A DNA stretch of 63,395 nt, counting the filler, from Nemertoderma westbladi (taxonomy: Eukaryota; Animalia; Xenacoelomorpha): NCBI GenBank assembly GCA_032718475.1. It is 3 parts of 3 records of this genome, joined end to end, with 100 filler letters (N's around TTAATTAATTAA, not from the genome) between each part and the next. Parts side by side here need not be neighbours in the genome. Positions count along the whole stretch, not along the records: positions 1 to 22,961 come from JAUCBJ010004134.1; 2 more parts are not named here. One strand, given 5' to 3'. Positions 1 through 12,228 of the stretch are shown one piece after another. The position numbers were made by a program, and so were the translations under genes. The notes under the pieces were generated by a model. That model worked only from the letters and a program-made list of their open reading frames with translations. It searched no databases and was not told the origin of the DNA. How positions within the stretch are numbered: position 1 is the first letter of the stretch; every line of letters starts with the position of its first letter.

Positions 1-697
1 ATGTTGTTTTGTATTGTCTCTGTTTAGTCTGTTTCATTACATATATGCTTCGAGAATTCATTTGTTTTTGTCTTTATCCTGTTCATGTTTTTTTGATTAA
101 TTAACTTGTTTATGTTCCTTACCTCGAGAACTATCCCTATACATTGTATTTTCGTTGGACAATGTAATCTTTATTTACTTGAATTGTTTCTCCCTTTGTA
201 ACTATATCACTATCAGAACGGAGAGCTTCTGAGGAGACTATCCAATTGGAGTTGGAAAATCTGCAAGAGACGCAAGACAGTATAAATAAACAGTTTACTG
301 CTAATCAAATGCAGATGATGAGTCGATCTACTCCCAAGCGCCAAGGATACACATCATCGGAGGAAGGCGAGACCACCGATCCTGAAGGCGGAGGAAATAG
401 ATCTCGTCTAAGCAGGCGTAGAAAAACATCTCACCGTCATAAACTGCCTGATTTGCCCCCAGCTGTCAGAAGACAACTAGCTAGCACAGACTTAGGTAGT
501 ACAGAACCCACAGAACAAATTATTCAGGTCACAAGACTCCCTACTATAGTCGATGAGCCTGAAATAATTAGGCCTGTCGTTCCCAAAGTCACTTCTGTGC
601 TAGAGACCCCTGTACTTCCAGAGCTTAACTCTAAATTCCCTTTACATAGTACTACACTGCCTGTACCCGGTGGAACAGTCCATGCAAACACCCCTGT

Positions 698-3352
698 CCT
701 GAGCAGAGAGAGAGAATCAAAATTTGTCTCCCGTCGTCCCGCGTCAGCCCGCTACTATGTTGGCGACTCCCGCTTCGGCGGTTGAGTGGGTAGAGGAGGG
801 ACGGCGGGGATGAACCTCCTGCTCGGACAGATGCAGGAGACTGTCCACCAGCTATGGATCCCTCAGTTAACAACTCCGATCATGTTCCAGTAGTAGCAAC
901 TATTGGGATAGAGACACCAACAAAATCACATAACCCTGATGCATCAAAAACTGCAAAACACTTGAGTATTGTTCGTTACAATTGGAACCGCGCTACAAAA
1001 AAGAAGATTGAAGCATATGCAAACATGGTGGAAACGGAATTAATAGAGCTAAATAACAATTATGAAAGCAAATTATGCATATGGACGATACAGGATCTCC
1101 ATAATTATACTGCAAGAGTTGAAGACATCTTATCTAGTGCATCGCAGCGATACATACCAATTCGGAGGCGGATTAGACAAAGGCGCAAACCGTGGATCAA
1201 CTGTTCCTCACTAAAGGAAAGGGTAATTGTGACAAGACGTTTGCACAGCATGTGGAAGCAAGCGACTGATAATAAGGTGAAGGAGCATTTGAGGAAAGCT
1301 TTCCAATCTTCTAAAGCGGTTGTTCGTCATCTACAGAGTAAACTTATAAAGGACAAGGTGCGTACAAATCTGCTGAAAGCATCAAGTTTATATAAAAATA
1401 GCCCCAAGCGATTCTGGTCATACTTTGGTAATAACCGCGCTGTGATTGTACCACTGGCTGTGCAACAATCCATTGAAATTCGGTTTCAACAGGATACTAC
1501 TGGAAGCGATGACAATCAATGTCTTGTGGGATTAGTCAACGAGTTAAAGGGAAATAAGAGTAATGTCACAATGCCATCTGTCTCTCCTGCAACTGTTAGG
1601 AAAATTATTTCAAAACTGAAGAAGGGGAAGGCCCCTGACAAGGGTTCTTTGGTTGCAGAACATCTGTTGTATTCATACCCAGGATCACTATCAGACAGCG
1701 TTGCTAATATATTTAACGCTGCAATAAAACTTGGCAGGGTTCCGACTTCTTTTGGAGAAACAATCATCACACATATCTACAAAGGAAAGAACAAAAATCC
1801 CCTCCATGATACTTCATATAGACCAATAGCTACTGTGAACCTACTTGCGAAGGTCTTTGAGGCCTTGATACTAACGCTATATTTTCCTTCCAGTGCGGCT
1901 GCACATACGAACGTCAATCAATTCGGGTATAAAAAGAAACTTAGTGCCGATATGATTATATCCCTTGCACTTGAATGTGTGGAGTATTATAAGCAGCGTG
2001 ACTCGTCGATTTTCATGTGTCAGCTGGACATAAAATCTGCGTTTGATGATGTTAATTACTATAAGCTTTTTCGTCGGCTGACTGAGTTTCTAAATCCACA
2101 TATCGTGCTTGTACTCTGTGATTATTACAGATGCACCAAAATCTTTCTAAAATTTGGGGATTCGATAAAATACACATATTACACATTGGGAAAAGGAGTA
2201 AAACAAGGATCCGTTCTATCACCTATCTTGTTCAACATATTCACTGCCTCTATTTTGAATGAGTTGCAATCAAAAGGAGTTGGCTGTAATATTGATAGCA
2301 CGTGGCTAGGTGCATTAAGCTATGCCGATGACTTTCTGTTACTTGCCTCCACTGGTTTAGAGATGCAATATATGGTGAGAATCATATCCGAGGAAACTAA
2401 GAAAATTGGATTGGATATTGAAAAATCCAAGACGAAGTGGATATACAGCTCAACATCACAGCATCCAGCATTTCTGGTGTTAAATAATACTCTCATACCT
2501 GAAGCGAAAGAGTTGGTATTCCTCGGATTCAACCTTGCCGTAAAGAAACAGGATGCTCTACAATACTGCATAAGGACCATGTCGGTGGTCCATGCAATTT
2601 TCCGCAGGAAATCATGGACCGTTAAGTGGTTGGACTGCAAGACAGTGGTTAGATTGTGGAAGGCTGTGGGCGTGCCCTCGATTTTATATAGACTTAAATT
2701 CCTTCTTGGTGCCCTATCACAATCGCAGATTGAAATCCTGGAAATTCATTATAGGAGGCTCCTTAGGGGTTTGTTATGTATTGGGCGATATGCCAGTAAC
2801 TCCACCTTATATTTGCTATTTAATGGTAGTATATTTGCCAATGATGTGTTCAGGTCCTCTATTCGGACAATCATGAGTTTGCGGAGCTGCCCAAATACAA
2901 GCTTGAACTCTGGGCTTGGCATCACCCTCATACGCAATGTTACCAGTAGTGGCAGCAATTACATTGGTCTTGGCAGCATATACGCTAAAGCATCTGCGAG
3001 ATTCTCACTTCCCTACTTGAGTTCACTGGCAACGATGAAATACTCAGTCAAAAGTATATTGTCGAGGGTGGCTCCCGGAGAACCATCCATCAAGGATAGA
3101 ATGGACGCCTCTTTTATTGATCAGTGCCACAAACTGTCCCTCCCACTTGCAAGGAGACGCCATTATATACTCAACTACTTTGGTGTATCAAATCAATGTG
3201 ATTTAAGTTATTGATCAATAGATCTAAATTGATGTGTGATGTAGTAGCTAGTTAGCCTACCTACTGAGGATTTTAACCTGTAAATTGTGTGTTTGTTTGA
3301 CGTATTTTAAACTGTCGGCCTGTCCGATTTTTATGAAATAATAAATAAATAC
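698..3352 (+). mobile_element. Non-LTR retrotransposon inserted in the BEL gag
   Basis: Flanked by CCCCTGT at 691-697 and 3353-3359; ends in an AATAATAAATAAAT tail; contains an RT ORF. Confidence 0.85.
854..3214 (+). CDS. Non-LTR reverse transcriptase (786 aa) with only the SDHxPV remnant of an APE endonuclease
   Basis: Motifs KKGKAPD, YRPIA, QFGY, LDIKSAFDDV, GVKQGSVLSP, YADD, FLG; N-terminal SDHVPV. Confidence 0.9.
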   Translation: MDPSVNNSDHVPVVATIGIETPTKSHNPDASKTAKHLSIVRYNWNRATKKKIEAYANMVETELIELNNNYESKLCIWTIQDLHNYTARVEDILSSASQRYIPIRRRIRQRRKPWINCSSLKERVIVTRRLHSMWKQATDNKVKEHLRKAFQSSKAVVRHLQSKLIKDKVRTNLLKASSLYKNSPKRFWSYFGNNRAVIVPLAVQQSIEIRFQQDTTGSDDNQCLVGLVNELKGNKSNVTMPSVSPATVRKIISKLKKGKAPDKGSLVAEHLLYSYPGSLSDSVANIFNAAIKLGRVPTSFGETIITHIYKGKNKNPLHDTSYRPIATVNLLAKVFEALILTLYFPSSAAAHTNVNQFGYKKKLSADMIISLALECVEYYKQRDSSIFMCQLDIKSAFDDVNYYKLFRRLTEFLNPHIVLVLCDYYRCTKIFLKFGDSIKYTYYTLGKGVKQGSVLSPILFNIFTASILNELQSKGVGCNIDSTWLGALSYADDFLLLASTGLEMQYMVRIISEETKKIGLDIEKSKTKWIYSSTSQHPAFLVLNNTLIPEAKELVFLGFNLAVKKQDALQYCIRTMSVVHAIFRRKSWTVKWLDCKTVVRLWKAVGVPSILYRLKFLLGALSQSQIEILEIHYRRLLRGLLCIGRYASNSTLYLLFNGSIFANDVFRSSIRTIMSLRSCPNTSLNSGLGITLIRNVTSSGSNYIGLGSIYAKASARFSLPYLSSLATMKYSVKSILSRVAPGEPSIKDRMDASFIDQCHKLSLPLARRRHYILNYFGVSNQCDLSY

Positions 3353-5922
3353 CCCCTGTAACATTGTGTCAACCTGTTAGGTCTGAAGTATTACATGCGC
3401 AAGGTGTGGAGCCTACACGCATCTATACTGCTAGTGAAGTTGAAACTCCTATAGCAAACCCTATTAAGGGTGATTATAGACCTGTTATTAATGATATTCC
3501 CTATAGACCTGATAATGATCCGAGAACTTTATATACCGATAATTCGATATTAAATAACACGATGGCCCAAGAAAGCTTTACGCGTCAGATGGCTAGAACA
3601 GAAGCCCGCCAAGCGGTCAAAGTGGGAGAGATCGTCAAATTCAATGGAGATGAGATGAAATGGTTACCTTTCAACGAATATTACAAAGATAGCATACAGA
3701 ACTCTGTACTATCTAACGGAGAGAAACTTAGATTCCTCATCAAGTGCTTGGAAGGACCTCCCAAGTTAATGGCGTTAAAGTTTATTTGACATCCAGATGG
3801 ATTAAGACAAGTTTGGGATACATTAAACATCAGGTATGGTAACAAGGATAACATAGCTAAGTATTTGTATGCAAAATTAGTAGCCCCCCGACACTTCCTT
3901 AGTAGCGGGATTATAGAGTTTTCCGATGAAATTCAAGAGATCTGTAGACAACTGGACTGGTTAGGTAAGTCGCATGAATATCAGAGTTCCATGGTCATTG
4001 GAGCCGTAGTCTCTACTTTACCAAAGGGTGGAGTATGTACGCGCTGGGACAAGAAAGTGTTGTACATGAATGAACAACAACGACGAAGTCCTACCATGGC
4101 TGATCACATGTCCTTCTTAGATAGTGAAGTAAAATTACACCTCATAAGGCAGTCCAGAGAGAAAACATCGGAAAATAAGGTAAGTGAGAAACCCGTTTCT
4201 AGGAGAAGGATAATACCAGTGTGTTATACTGACGACGGCGAAAGCCCAGCTTCTCAAGAAGAGGACAGCGGGAAAGACACCGTAAAATCTTACTATGACA
4301 ATAAGACCTATAAAGACGTAAGTAAATACAAGTCTCGAACCAGTGACAGGAGAGAACAGGTAACAACAACTCCTCCTACGTCTCCTAAGAGAATTCACGG
4401 AAGAAAGCCCGAAGAAAGAACGAGAGTGCATAACGTTACCCAAGGTAAGGTGAGTAACATCAAACCAAAATGTGCGCTGTGCGACGGGCCCCACCGTTTG
4501 AGTGCGTGTGCTGAATTTCTAAAGAAATCCCTTGTAGACAGACGTACAGTCCTGTGGAATAAGCGGTTATGCTATAATTGCCTCAGACCAGGACACCAAC
4601 GGCGAACCTGTTACTCCGAAGTAAAGTGTGCAAAGTGCGGTGCGAAACATCACATCTTGTTACGCAGTGAATTCGAACGAAACAACCCGAGTCAGGTAAG
4701 TGAGCCCGAACTACATGTCCAATTCAGTGATGTAAATGACACTGATCAAGAATCTGAGATGGAAGGATTCTATACGGACGAATTCTCCGACGCAAACGAA
4801 TCCTGTTACCTAATAAATACCGCAGTGTATCGAGCACTTACGTATGAAAAGGACACCGCCAATGAGTTCCCCCCAACTACCTTTGACAGACAACCATCTT
4901 GGAAACCTCCAACTTCCAACGTAGGAATCAGAGAATTTCCTGTAGTGCAGGTAAGAGTTCAAGGTCCTAACAAAGGTTACATAGTGAACGCCCTCCTTGA
5001 CTCCGGCAGCACAGGAACATTCATCGATCAAGAACTAGCCGAAGATATCTTTGCTGGACAACCCAAATTCCAAACTAAGTTGAATATGTCCGGAATTATG
5101 CAGGTTTGGAAATCTACCATAACGGCAGATTACTATGTAGGTGAGTTGTCCACCCCCCAGGATAAATTAGGAGCACAAAGTATAAGGTCAGTAAAAATGG
5201 TGGCTATAAAGAACTTCGCTACTACCCAAGCAGACCTTTATAATTGGGACGAGGATGAGAGCATCCAACATCTTAAGATACCTCGATTCCAGACAGATTA
5301 TCCTGGAGTGCAAATACTCATCGGCCAAAACGCGCATGAGGCGCTCGAGACATTGGAGAAACGGCCTGCTCAACCGCAGCCACTACAAACCTATGCGGTA
5401 AGAACTAGAGTAGGTTGGTACTTCACTGGCCCTTCCCGTAGAACTCTCAAAGAGAGATTACCTCAACAACAGGTATACCAAGTAAAGGAATGGGAAGTGG
5501 AGAGCAGTGATGTGGACGATCCAACTGAGGGAACACCATACTCCTCAGATAATGACGATATTAACTCCAACGTAGATCAATGGAGACATTGCCTTGGGAC
5601 GATTAATCCAGCCGACATCGCTTCCAGAGGAGCAACTCCTCAAGAACTGATAGATACTCCAGGCTGGTTAGGTGGATCCGACTTCTTAAGTAAAGAAGAA
5701 GAAGAATGGCCTCCTCATCTTACCCCGGCGGAGATTAGACAGGCCAAGGGAGCGGAGAAAGTAACACAACAACTCAATCGCCCAGCTGGTCGTTTATGTT
5801 TACTGGAAAGAGACCGAAAACTGTCCGGAAACTATGGAAGGCAAGATACTCTTCCTACGACCACTTCCCTAATCCGACAAATATCTAGGGACTCTATAAC
5901 GTAATAACATATGGAGTGGGCG

Positions 5923-6407
5923 TGTGACTATATCATTTTATATTTGTTTTTATTTTATATTTATGTATGTATTATTATGTAATTTTATTATAATCGTTTT
6001 CTTTAATTTTATTTAGTAGAATGTTATTTTAGTGATTATTTAGTAGATTAGTGCAATATATTAGTGTTTATTACGTATGTAATTACTTATAATATATATT
6101 TAGTGCGACGGCGAGAAATAATTATTTTTCTCTTTCCTTACTGTCCGTATCATATTATAAATACGTGACTACAGTAAGATAAAATGTCCGTACTTAGTAA
6201 AGTACAATAAAGCCACTACTATATTCAAGTATTATTGGTAGGCAGAGTATTAGGAATGCAAAGTTCAGATCCTCGTGTCTCGGCTAAACCAAGCTCTGGG
6301 TAGACCTTGGAAACGACTTGCCTCTTCACACTGACATTGCTTCGTGCGATATTGCTCTTCTACCTTATATTAAATAATACATATAGTAGCGTGATGTCCC
6401 TCTAACA
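5923..6407 (+). repeat. Putative 3' LTR of the BEL element
   Basis: Purine-rich GGAGTGGGCG just before TG; TATAAA near 6155, AATAAA near 6207, ends ...CTAACA. No partner LTR is in the window. Confidence 0.4.
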
Positions 6408-6453
6408 GTAGCGTAAAACGCAAATAAATCTGTTAAACCTTTTGACCATCTGT

Positions 6454-6735
6454 AATTCTAGTCGATTAAGATATCGCGGCACCCACCGATATACTTGAAA
6501 GACAAATTCTAGAATCAGTGGTTAACGTCCCCAGACAAGTTCTGGAATAAATCGGTGCCCATCTTAAATATTAATTTAATATTTATTAAAATCTGTAAAA
6601 TTCAGATCCGTTAACAATTCTAGTCGATTAAGATATCGTAGCACTTACCGATACTCTTAAAAGACAAATTTCATAGAATTAAGGATCCTATGTCCCCAGA
6701 CCTGCTCTGGAATCAAATTGTGTCAATTTTAACAT
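6454..6735. repeat. Imperfect ~120-bp direct repeat, period ~160 bp
   Basis: AATTCTAGTCGATTAAGATATCG...GTCCCCAGAC...CTGGAAT occurs twice. Confidence 0.8.
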
Positions 6736-7532
6736 CAAATAATAAAATTCACGGGAATAAATTTAAATTCATATTTTAAATGAATTTCATAAATTGTCAT
6801 TTTGTACAATTTATAACATTCCCAAAATTCCATTAATTAATAGATCATGGGAGCGGAGATTCATCCTATTGAGTGTATTAGAGTGCGAGAATCTCCAACA
6901 TATAGTCAATAGCCGATAAAATTAATAAAATCATGCATAAAGAGGATATTGACAATTAAAGAATTATTATTAAATAGCATCCCAGATCTGTATGCATGAG
7001 AATTACCCTAATTCTACCGCTAGCATTCCATAATGTCACCATAGCAACACCCACGCTAGAATTAGAAGCAAGTTAAAAGAACAATAGAAAGCTTGTCCCA
7101 TTGCATAGCATAGAGAATATAGCACACTGTTAGTATCCAAGGATACACAGTAATAACGTGACATTCTGGAAGGCACTGACTAACGGACAAATGGCCTGTA
7201 TGTGTACAATTGGTGACAGTTGTGTGGAATTTGTGCGTTTGTAGGTGAATGTTACTGCTAAGGTGTGTTTACAGTAGCTAGTCGCAATTGTGAAAGTAAC
7301 CCAACTCTCCTATAGAAAGAACCTAAAGTGGATTCAAGCCTTTGGGACGGACAGTGGAGTGACTTGTGCCGGTTATCGTTGTCGTACTGTTGCTACATGT
7401 TGGCGTAAACACCGCGACAACGGTACATCGGCGCTGAGGATCCCACTGTCCGGGGGCAAAGAGAGGTGGGCAGAGACGTCCGCTCGCCTAAACATAAACT
7501 CATTTCGATATTAACAAACTCAGATAGCAGAT

Positions 7533-8524
7533 ATGACGGAGTTGATAGAAGATGATCTTGGTATCAAGGAGCGATATACTCTACCTTTGCAAGCATTTGT
7601 GTATAGCTTAATACGCGGTGAAGCCGATCCAACCATTACGGAGGACGATGGTCGTTATATCGAACCGCCGATGTCCCAAGAGCAACTTGCGCGTGAATTG
7701 GACTATCGAAAATCCACCGCGCGCTATACGCATCGTAATAGTACGTATATGGACTTCCTAACTACCGGCCATCCTATCGATTTACATGATACGGACGATG
7801 TAGACACCGAAAGGGAAATGGTTCTATTTAAATATCATACCCAGCGGAGTCGGAACGATAAACCGAGAATAGATCACGAAAATTCTATATTCGTAACAGA
7901 CTGGGAAGACGAACCAATATGCCTAGAATCTGAGGAGATTCAGCCTAGCGCGCCCGGAACAGCGACAACGATTACATCCTAGAATGGTATCAAGGTCCAC
8001 AGTGTCTCACTGCGTACGATTATCGCCATGCCAACTATGTTTCTCGGCAACATTGTCGGTTATGCGCATCGAGAGACCATGTTACGCCCATGGACACAAA
8101 CGTCCGCTGTTCCTATTTCCACGAACAACCGGCAATGGAAATTTATTGCGCGTATTGCAGATTTAATAATTTGCATATTTTTGCGGTTTGCCCTCAATTT
8201 ATGACTCAATGTCACCATTGTCAACTAAAGGGACACGCCAGTTTCGATTGCCCTTTTAATCGCGATTTGGAAAGCGTAGATGAAATGATCACACTACGTT
8301 ACATTAGAGCTTGGGAAGCGAAGGCTGATTTACATCGTGATTCGCGCCATCGCTATTATCCTGGACGCGCTTACGAAGGAATTTATGCGTTCCATCCTTA
8401 TCTATTCGCTTCTGTCGAACAGAAATCACGCATATCGAGTTACAGGAAGTATATCGACGGCCTTACGAATACCGAGCCCGTGAACGCGAGTTGGAAAGGA
8501 CCATTAAACCCCGGAGGTTTCTAG
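7533..8524 (+). pseudogene. Frameshifted ORF (~330 aa) with three CCHC-type zinc-knuckle motifs, probably retroelement accessory protein
   Basis: The frame of ORF 8090 stays open upstream (NSDNDYILEWYQG...CRLCASRDH) and overlaps the end of ORF 7533. Motifs CRLCASRDH..C, CAYCRFNNLHIFAVC, CHHCQLKGHASFDC. Confidence 0.55.
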
Positions 8525-10174
8525 CTGCCTATAGTCCACCCACGGCCCTCGTTCAGACCATTCGTAAAGGACCCGTAAGAGCGGCTGTCTTAAAACGCGC
8601 TCTCAAAGCCGTTAGACCCCTCTCCCCCGACGTTGATGTCAATCAATCCGGCACTTCGATTGGCGGATACACCGACCATAATTCTACACCCTCTGATGCA
8701 ATCATATTGCACCCTTCACCCAGGAGTTATAGCCCTCCTTGTAAAGTGGCTCGCCCCAAAGAGAAAAGGACTCTGGCTAGCTTTAAAAAACTGCGTAAAC
8801 GCCGTCCGCGCAAGAAATACTAACCGTTTAGAGTATTTACGTATATTAGAAACTGTGATTTTGTATATTTCATAGACTCAAATCCCATTTTCTGGGAGCG
8901 GTGTAAAAGCTTCTGTGGGATATAACTGGCCCCTTTGCTTCGCAATCCAGTTTCCCCCCAGGCGCTGGAATACTCTAAAAAAGGTTCTCTAACTGTATAT
9001 ATATTCCCCTCGCCCGCAAGGTACCGTTACAGGTGTTTTAACGGACATAAAAGTCATTCTGCTATATACGTGTTTTAGCGGACATGGTAAGGCAAAAAAC
9101 CCGCAATACGGCAAATACTTTTACACAGCTTAGCCGTGATGATTCAGATTACGACATCTAACAGCTGGTTGCTTAAATGGAAACAGCCATTGGACGCATG
9201 GTTCTTTGTTTGGCTTCAGCCAATCAGAGCGATTCTCTCTGTCGATGTGGAGCTTTGAGCCGATCATACTGGGATTGTTCAGTCTTACAGTTTTTTACTG
9301 ATACTTTGTTGTTATTGCTGTCTAAGCCAGAAACAACGGCTCTAGAAAGAAACATTAGTAGGCTTAAGATTATAGAGCGTATGACTGTTATCGGTTCATA
9401 ACAACTCACATATCGGTCCATATCAGTGCATATCGCTGTACATATCTGTTCATATCATATCTTAACCTACCGTCTTAATGTTTTACTGTTGTCATATCTT
9501 ATATCAGTGGATTGAATATTATTTGGAGAACATTTATAAAGAACCCAAATTTCCCAATTTTCTTGATACACTACAGGTTAGAGAGGCGGGTTATATATAT
9601 AGCGATTGCGACTTATATTATTGTGGTGTGTATTGAATTTAATGCTATTTGATAAGCCCTACATGAGTCCGTTGCTATTCTCTTTATATATGATAAAATT
9701 CATTGACGGTCGGCAAATTAGTGAGCAGTATTGTGCGTTACCGGTAGTGTGCATGATTGTGGCTGATAACTAAGCATTTCCTAAAGAATGCGCCTCATAC
9801 GTGAATCATAAGCCTTACCTTACCGACTTACCGTTGTGATTAGTATAAGTCATATCTCTGTTACTTAGATAGAGCGCCACGTCCTAAAAAGAACTGTTAA
9901 TATTTCCCGAAAGTGAATAATATTAGTCAGAAATTAATCATTAATGATCAATCGAATAATACAATACCGTAAGCTTCACTGCAATAATAATCTAAGCCGA
10001 CAGAATCCAGTCTCCCGGGATTATCCAGCGGGTGAATGGACGCGCACTAGGCTGGCTTCTGCTAATGTTGTGTTTATTGGTATTAAATATTTGTCATCTT
10101 CTAAAGTATATTTGTAAACCAAAAGACATATAAATTTTGGCAGGTTAAACTGCTAAAGGTCTTCAAAAGCGCGT

Positions 10175-10809
10175 ACAGAAGGTTTCCACAATGGGCTTCA
10201 TTCCCGGCTCACCAGCCTCCATCCGTGCCTTGGAGAGATCTTGGAATTTTTCCAGTTAAATCAACATACTTCCCAGCAGCGCATGAAGGCTTTGCTAGAA
10301 CCGAATACTATTGCTGTTCCCAAACCAAAGTCTCCACATATCCAGATACGGGACCAACGCATGGTTGAGGAGATGGGGCGATTCGCAAACTACATGGCTG
10401 CATGGCCTAATAACATTTATTATAATGACTGTAAGATGTACATGCGTTGTTTGATGGACATTGGACTGGTACCCCAGGCTTTAGAGGAGTAATGCCCAAT
10501 GGTCAGCTAGTCAAGATAACACTTACTGTATAGGCCTATATTGCCCATTGCTATTGAGATATTATACACAATTCTTTAGCCATATCAATTATCAGGTTTC
10601 CAATTTCTCAGGTTCAACAATTTAGTATCAAAATTCAAAAGTATCTAAAAAAGGATAAGCGCCATATTGTCGAAAGGGGTGCGCCATATTGTCGAAAAAA
10701 AATTCGACATTTTGACATGCCCTAAAACGTTTTCGACAATTTGACTCTACTTTTCGACAATTTGTCTCTTTCGACATTTTGGCTCTTTCGACATTTTGAC
10801 CATAAGCCC
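10175..10809 (+). mobile_element. Mutator/MULE transposase C-terminal fragment plus right terminus with subterminal repeats
   Basis: In-frame TEGFHNGLHSRLTSLHPCLGEILEFFQ resembles the MULE EGxHN...HP motif. 10660-10809 has repeated TTCGACA(T/A)TTTG and ends ...CATAAGCCC. Confidence 0.65.
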
Positions 10810-11167
10810 TGTTGTGTAGGCTTCTGAAATAGTTTATTCCACAATGTATATGTCTGGTTATTTTTTAATTGAATTTTTGCAAAGTAGTAAAATTAATGTT
10901 CTTAAAAATAATATTATTATTTTATATGTAACCTAGGAAATTAGCTACATTTTTTCGCTGCAGCTTTAAGAGTGTACATTAATTTAATATTATTTCAATA
11001 CCCATATTACTACATCGGCATAAGATGCGTTGGCGTTGTATCACACATCTCCACATATCACACATATCCACATAGATGTATCAACAGTTACTCGCACAGT
11101 TTCGAAACTTCGCATAGTTATAACTGTATAAAGATCGTCAGTCTGCGTTTAGGAAAAATATTTTATA

Positions 11168-11418
11168 ACAAAACAGGACAAGCGACGAGCGCAACGAGGC
11201 ATATAATGAAGACGAGTACTGCGTTGACTAAATTATTATATAAACCACCTGGCTTCACATATTGATCGCATCCCTAGTTATTATTATTATAAAGAACGTC
11301 CTAGCCTGTGTTTAAGAAATATATTTAAATACAAAACAGGACGAACGCAACGAGGCTTATAATGAATACGAGTACTGCGTTTATTATATTCCTATAAACC
11401 ACCTGGCTTTGCATATTG
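11168..11418. repeat. ~90-bp imperfect direct repeat, two copies
   Basis: ACAAAACAGGAC...GCAACGAGGC...ACGAGTACTGCGTT...TATAAACCACCTGGCTT...CATATTGA occurs twice. Confidence 0.8.
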
Positions 11419-12228
11419 AACGTGTGATTGGAAATAAGTTCGTGCTACCCTTCCGTGGGTGGTAGATGTCACGGTTATGTATTGGTGGTTGAGAAGGGTG
11501 GGGGGGGGGGGGGGGGGATTAAAAGGGGTGAACACGTACTGTCCCCCTTTCTTTGATTGATTGGTGGTGTGGGTAAATTTCTCAAAACCTGATTTTGTGA
11601 TACAGTCGCTCAATTTTAATTTGTATCTCATAACTGGGCCTCGTGCTGCGCGAAGGCCCCACGAACGTGTACCGTGTACACCTACTCATACTTATTTTAA
11701 ACTTATACCCCCTTTACTTTCTGTTCGGGGGCCAGTATTTAGTCAACCAGACAGGCAAGTGCCAGCAAGTCCAACTGAGTGCTAGCAGTTAGTCCAACCA
11801 CGTGCAAGTGAGTCCAACCGGGTGCCAGTAATTAGTCCAAGTCCAACCAGACAGCCAGGTGTCAGTTAGCCCATGAAAACAAGCGCTGTTGCCCATCCCG
11901 TGATTGAAGGACACCAACTGTCACTCATCCTGGACAGGACATGCATTGTTTATTTGACAAAAGTTATTTACGGAACAGCCAATTAGAAGCCCAGAAATGG
12001 AGAGGCATTTGTCCAATTAATTCGGCAAATTTATCAATAGTGACATGTTGCTGCAACATACTGATTTATGTGCTTTAATAACATGTATATCAATAAATCA
12101 ACAATCAAAATACCTTTTTAGCAGCCTGGAGACCTGATGAATATACAGGTACTGTATCTTTAGTAGGTCTATTTTGCATAAAATAATACTTTTGTTTACT
12201 AAAATTTGTTAACTGATTACTATTTTCA

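Larger units (their letters stand above)
215..5904 (+). mobile_element. Decayed BEL/Pao LTR retrotransposon (gag, Zn knuckles, protease, RNase H tail) interrupted by a LINE
   Basis: ORFs 246..785, 3364..3789 and 3865..5904 join in one frame once 698..3359 is removed and TGA 3787 is read through. DUF1759-like gag (KFNGDEMKWLPF...LSNGEKLRFLIKCL), Cys-His motifs (CALCDGPH, CYNCLRPGH...C, CAKCGAKHH), protease ALLDSGS, and Pao RNase H end WRHCLGTINPADIASRG. RT and integrase are not seen. Confidence 0.88.

Noticed and set aside
9990-10070. GC-rich stretch faintly resembling an HDV-like ribozyme
   Set aside because: I could not build the nested double pseudoknot by eye.
11500-11518. Poly-G/poly-C tracts here and near 14576, 14879, 46009, 47090 and 51636
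   Set aside because: Simple homopolymers of unreliable length with no shared flanks.
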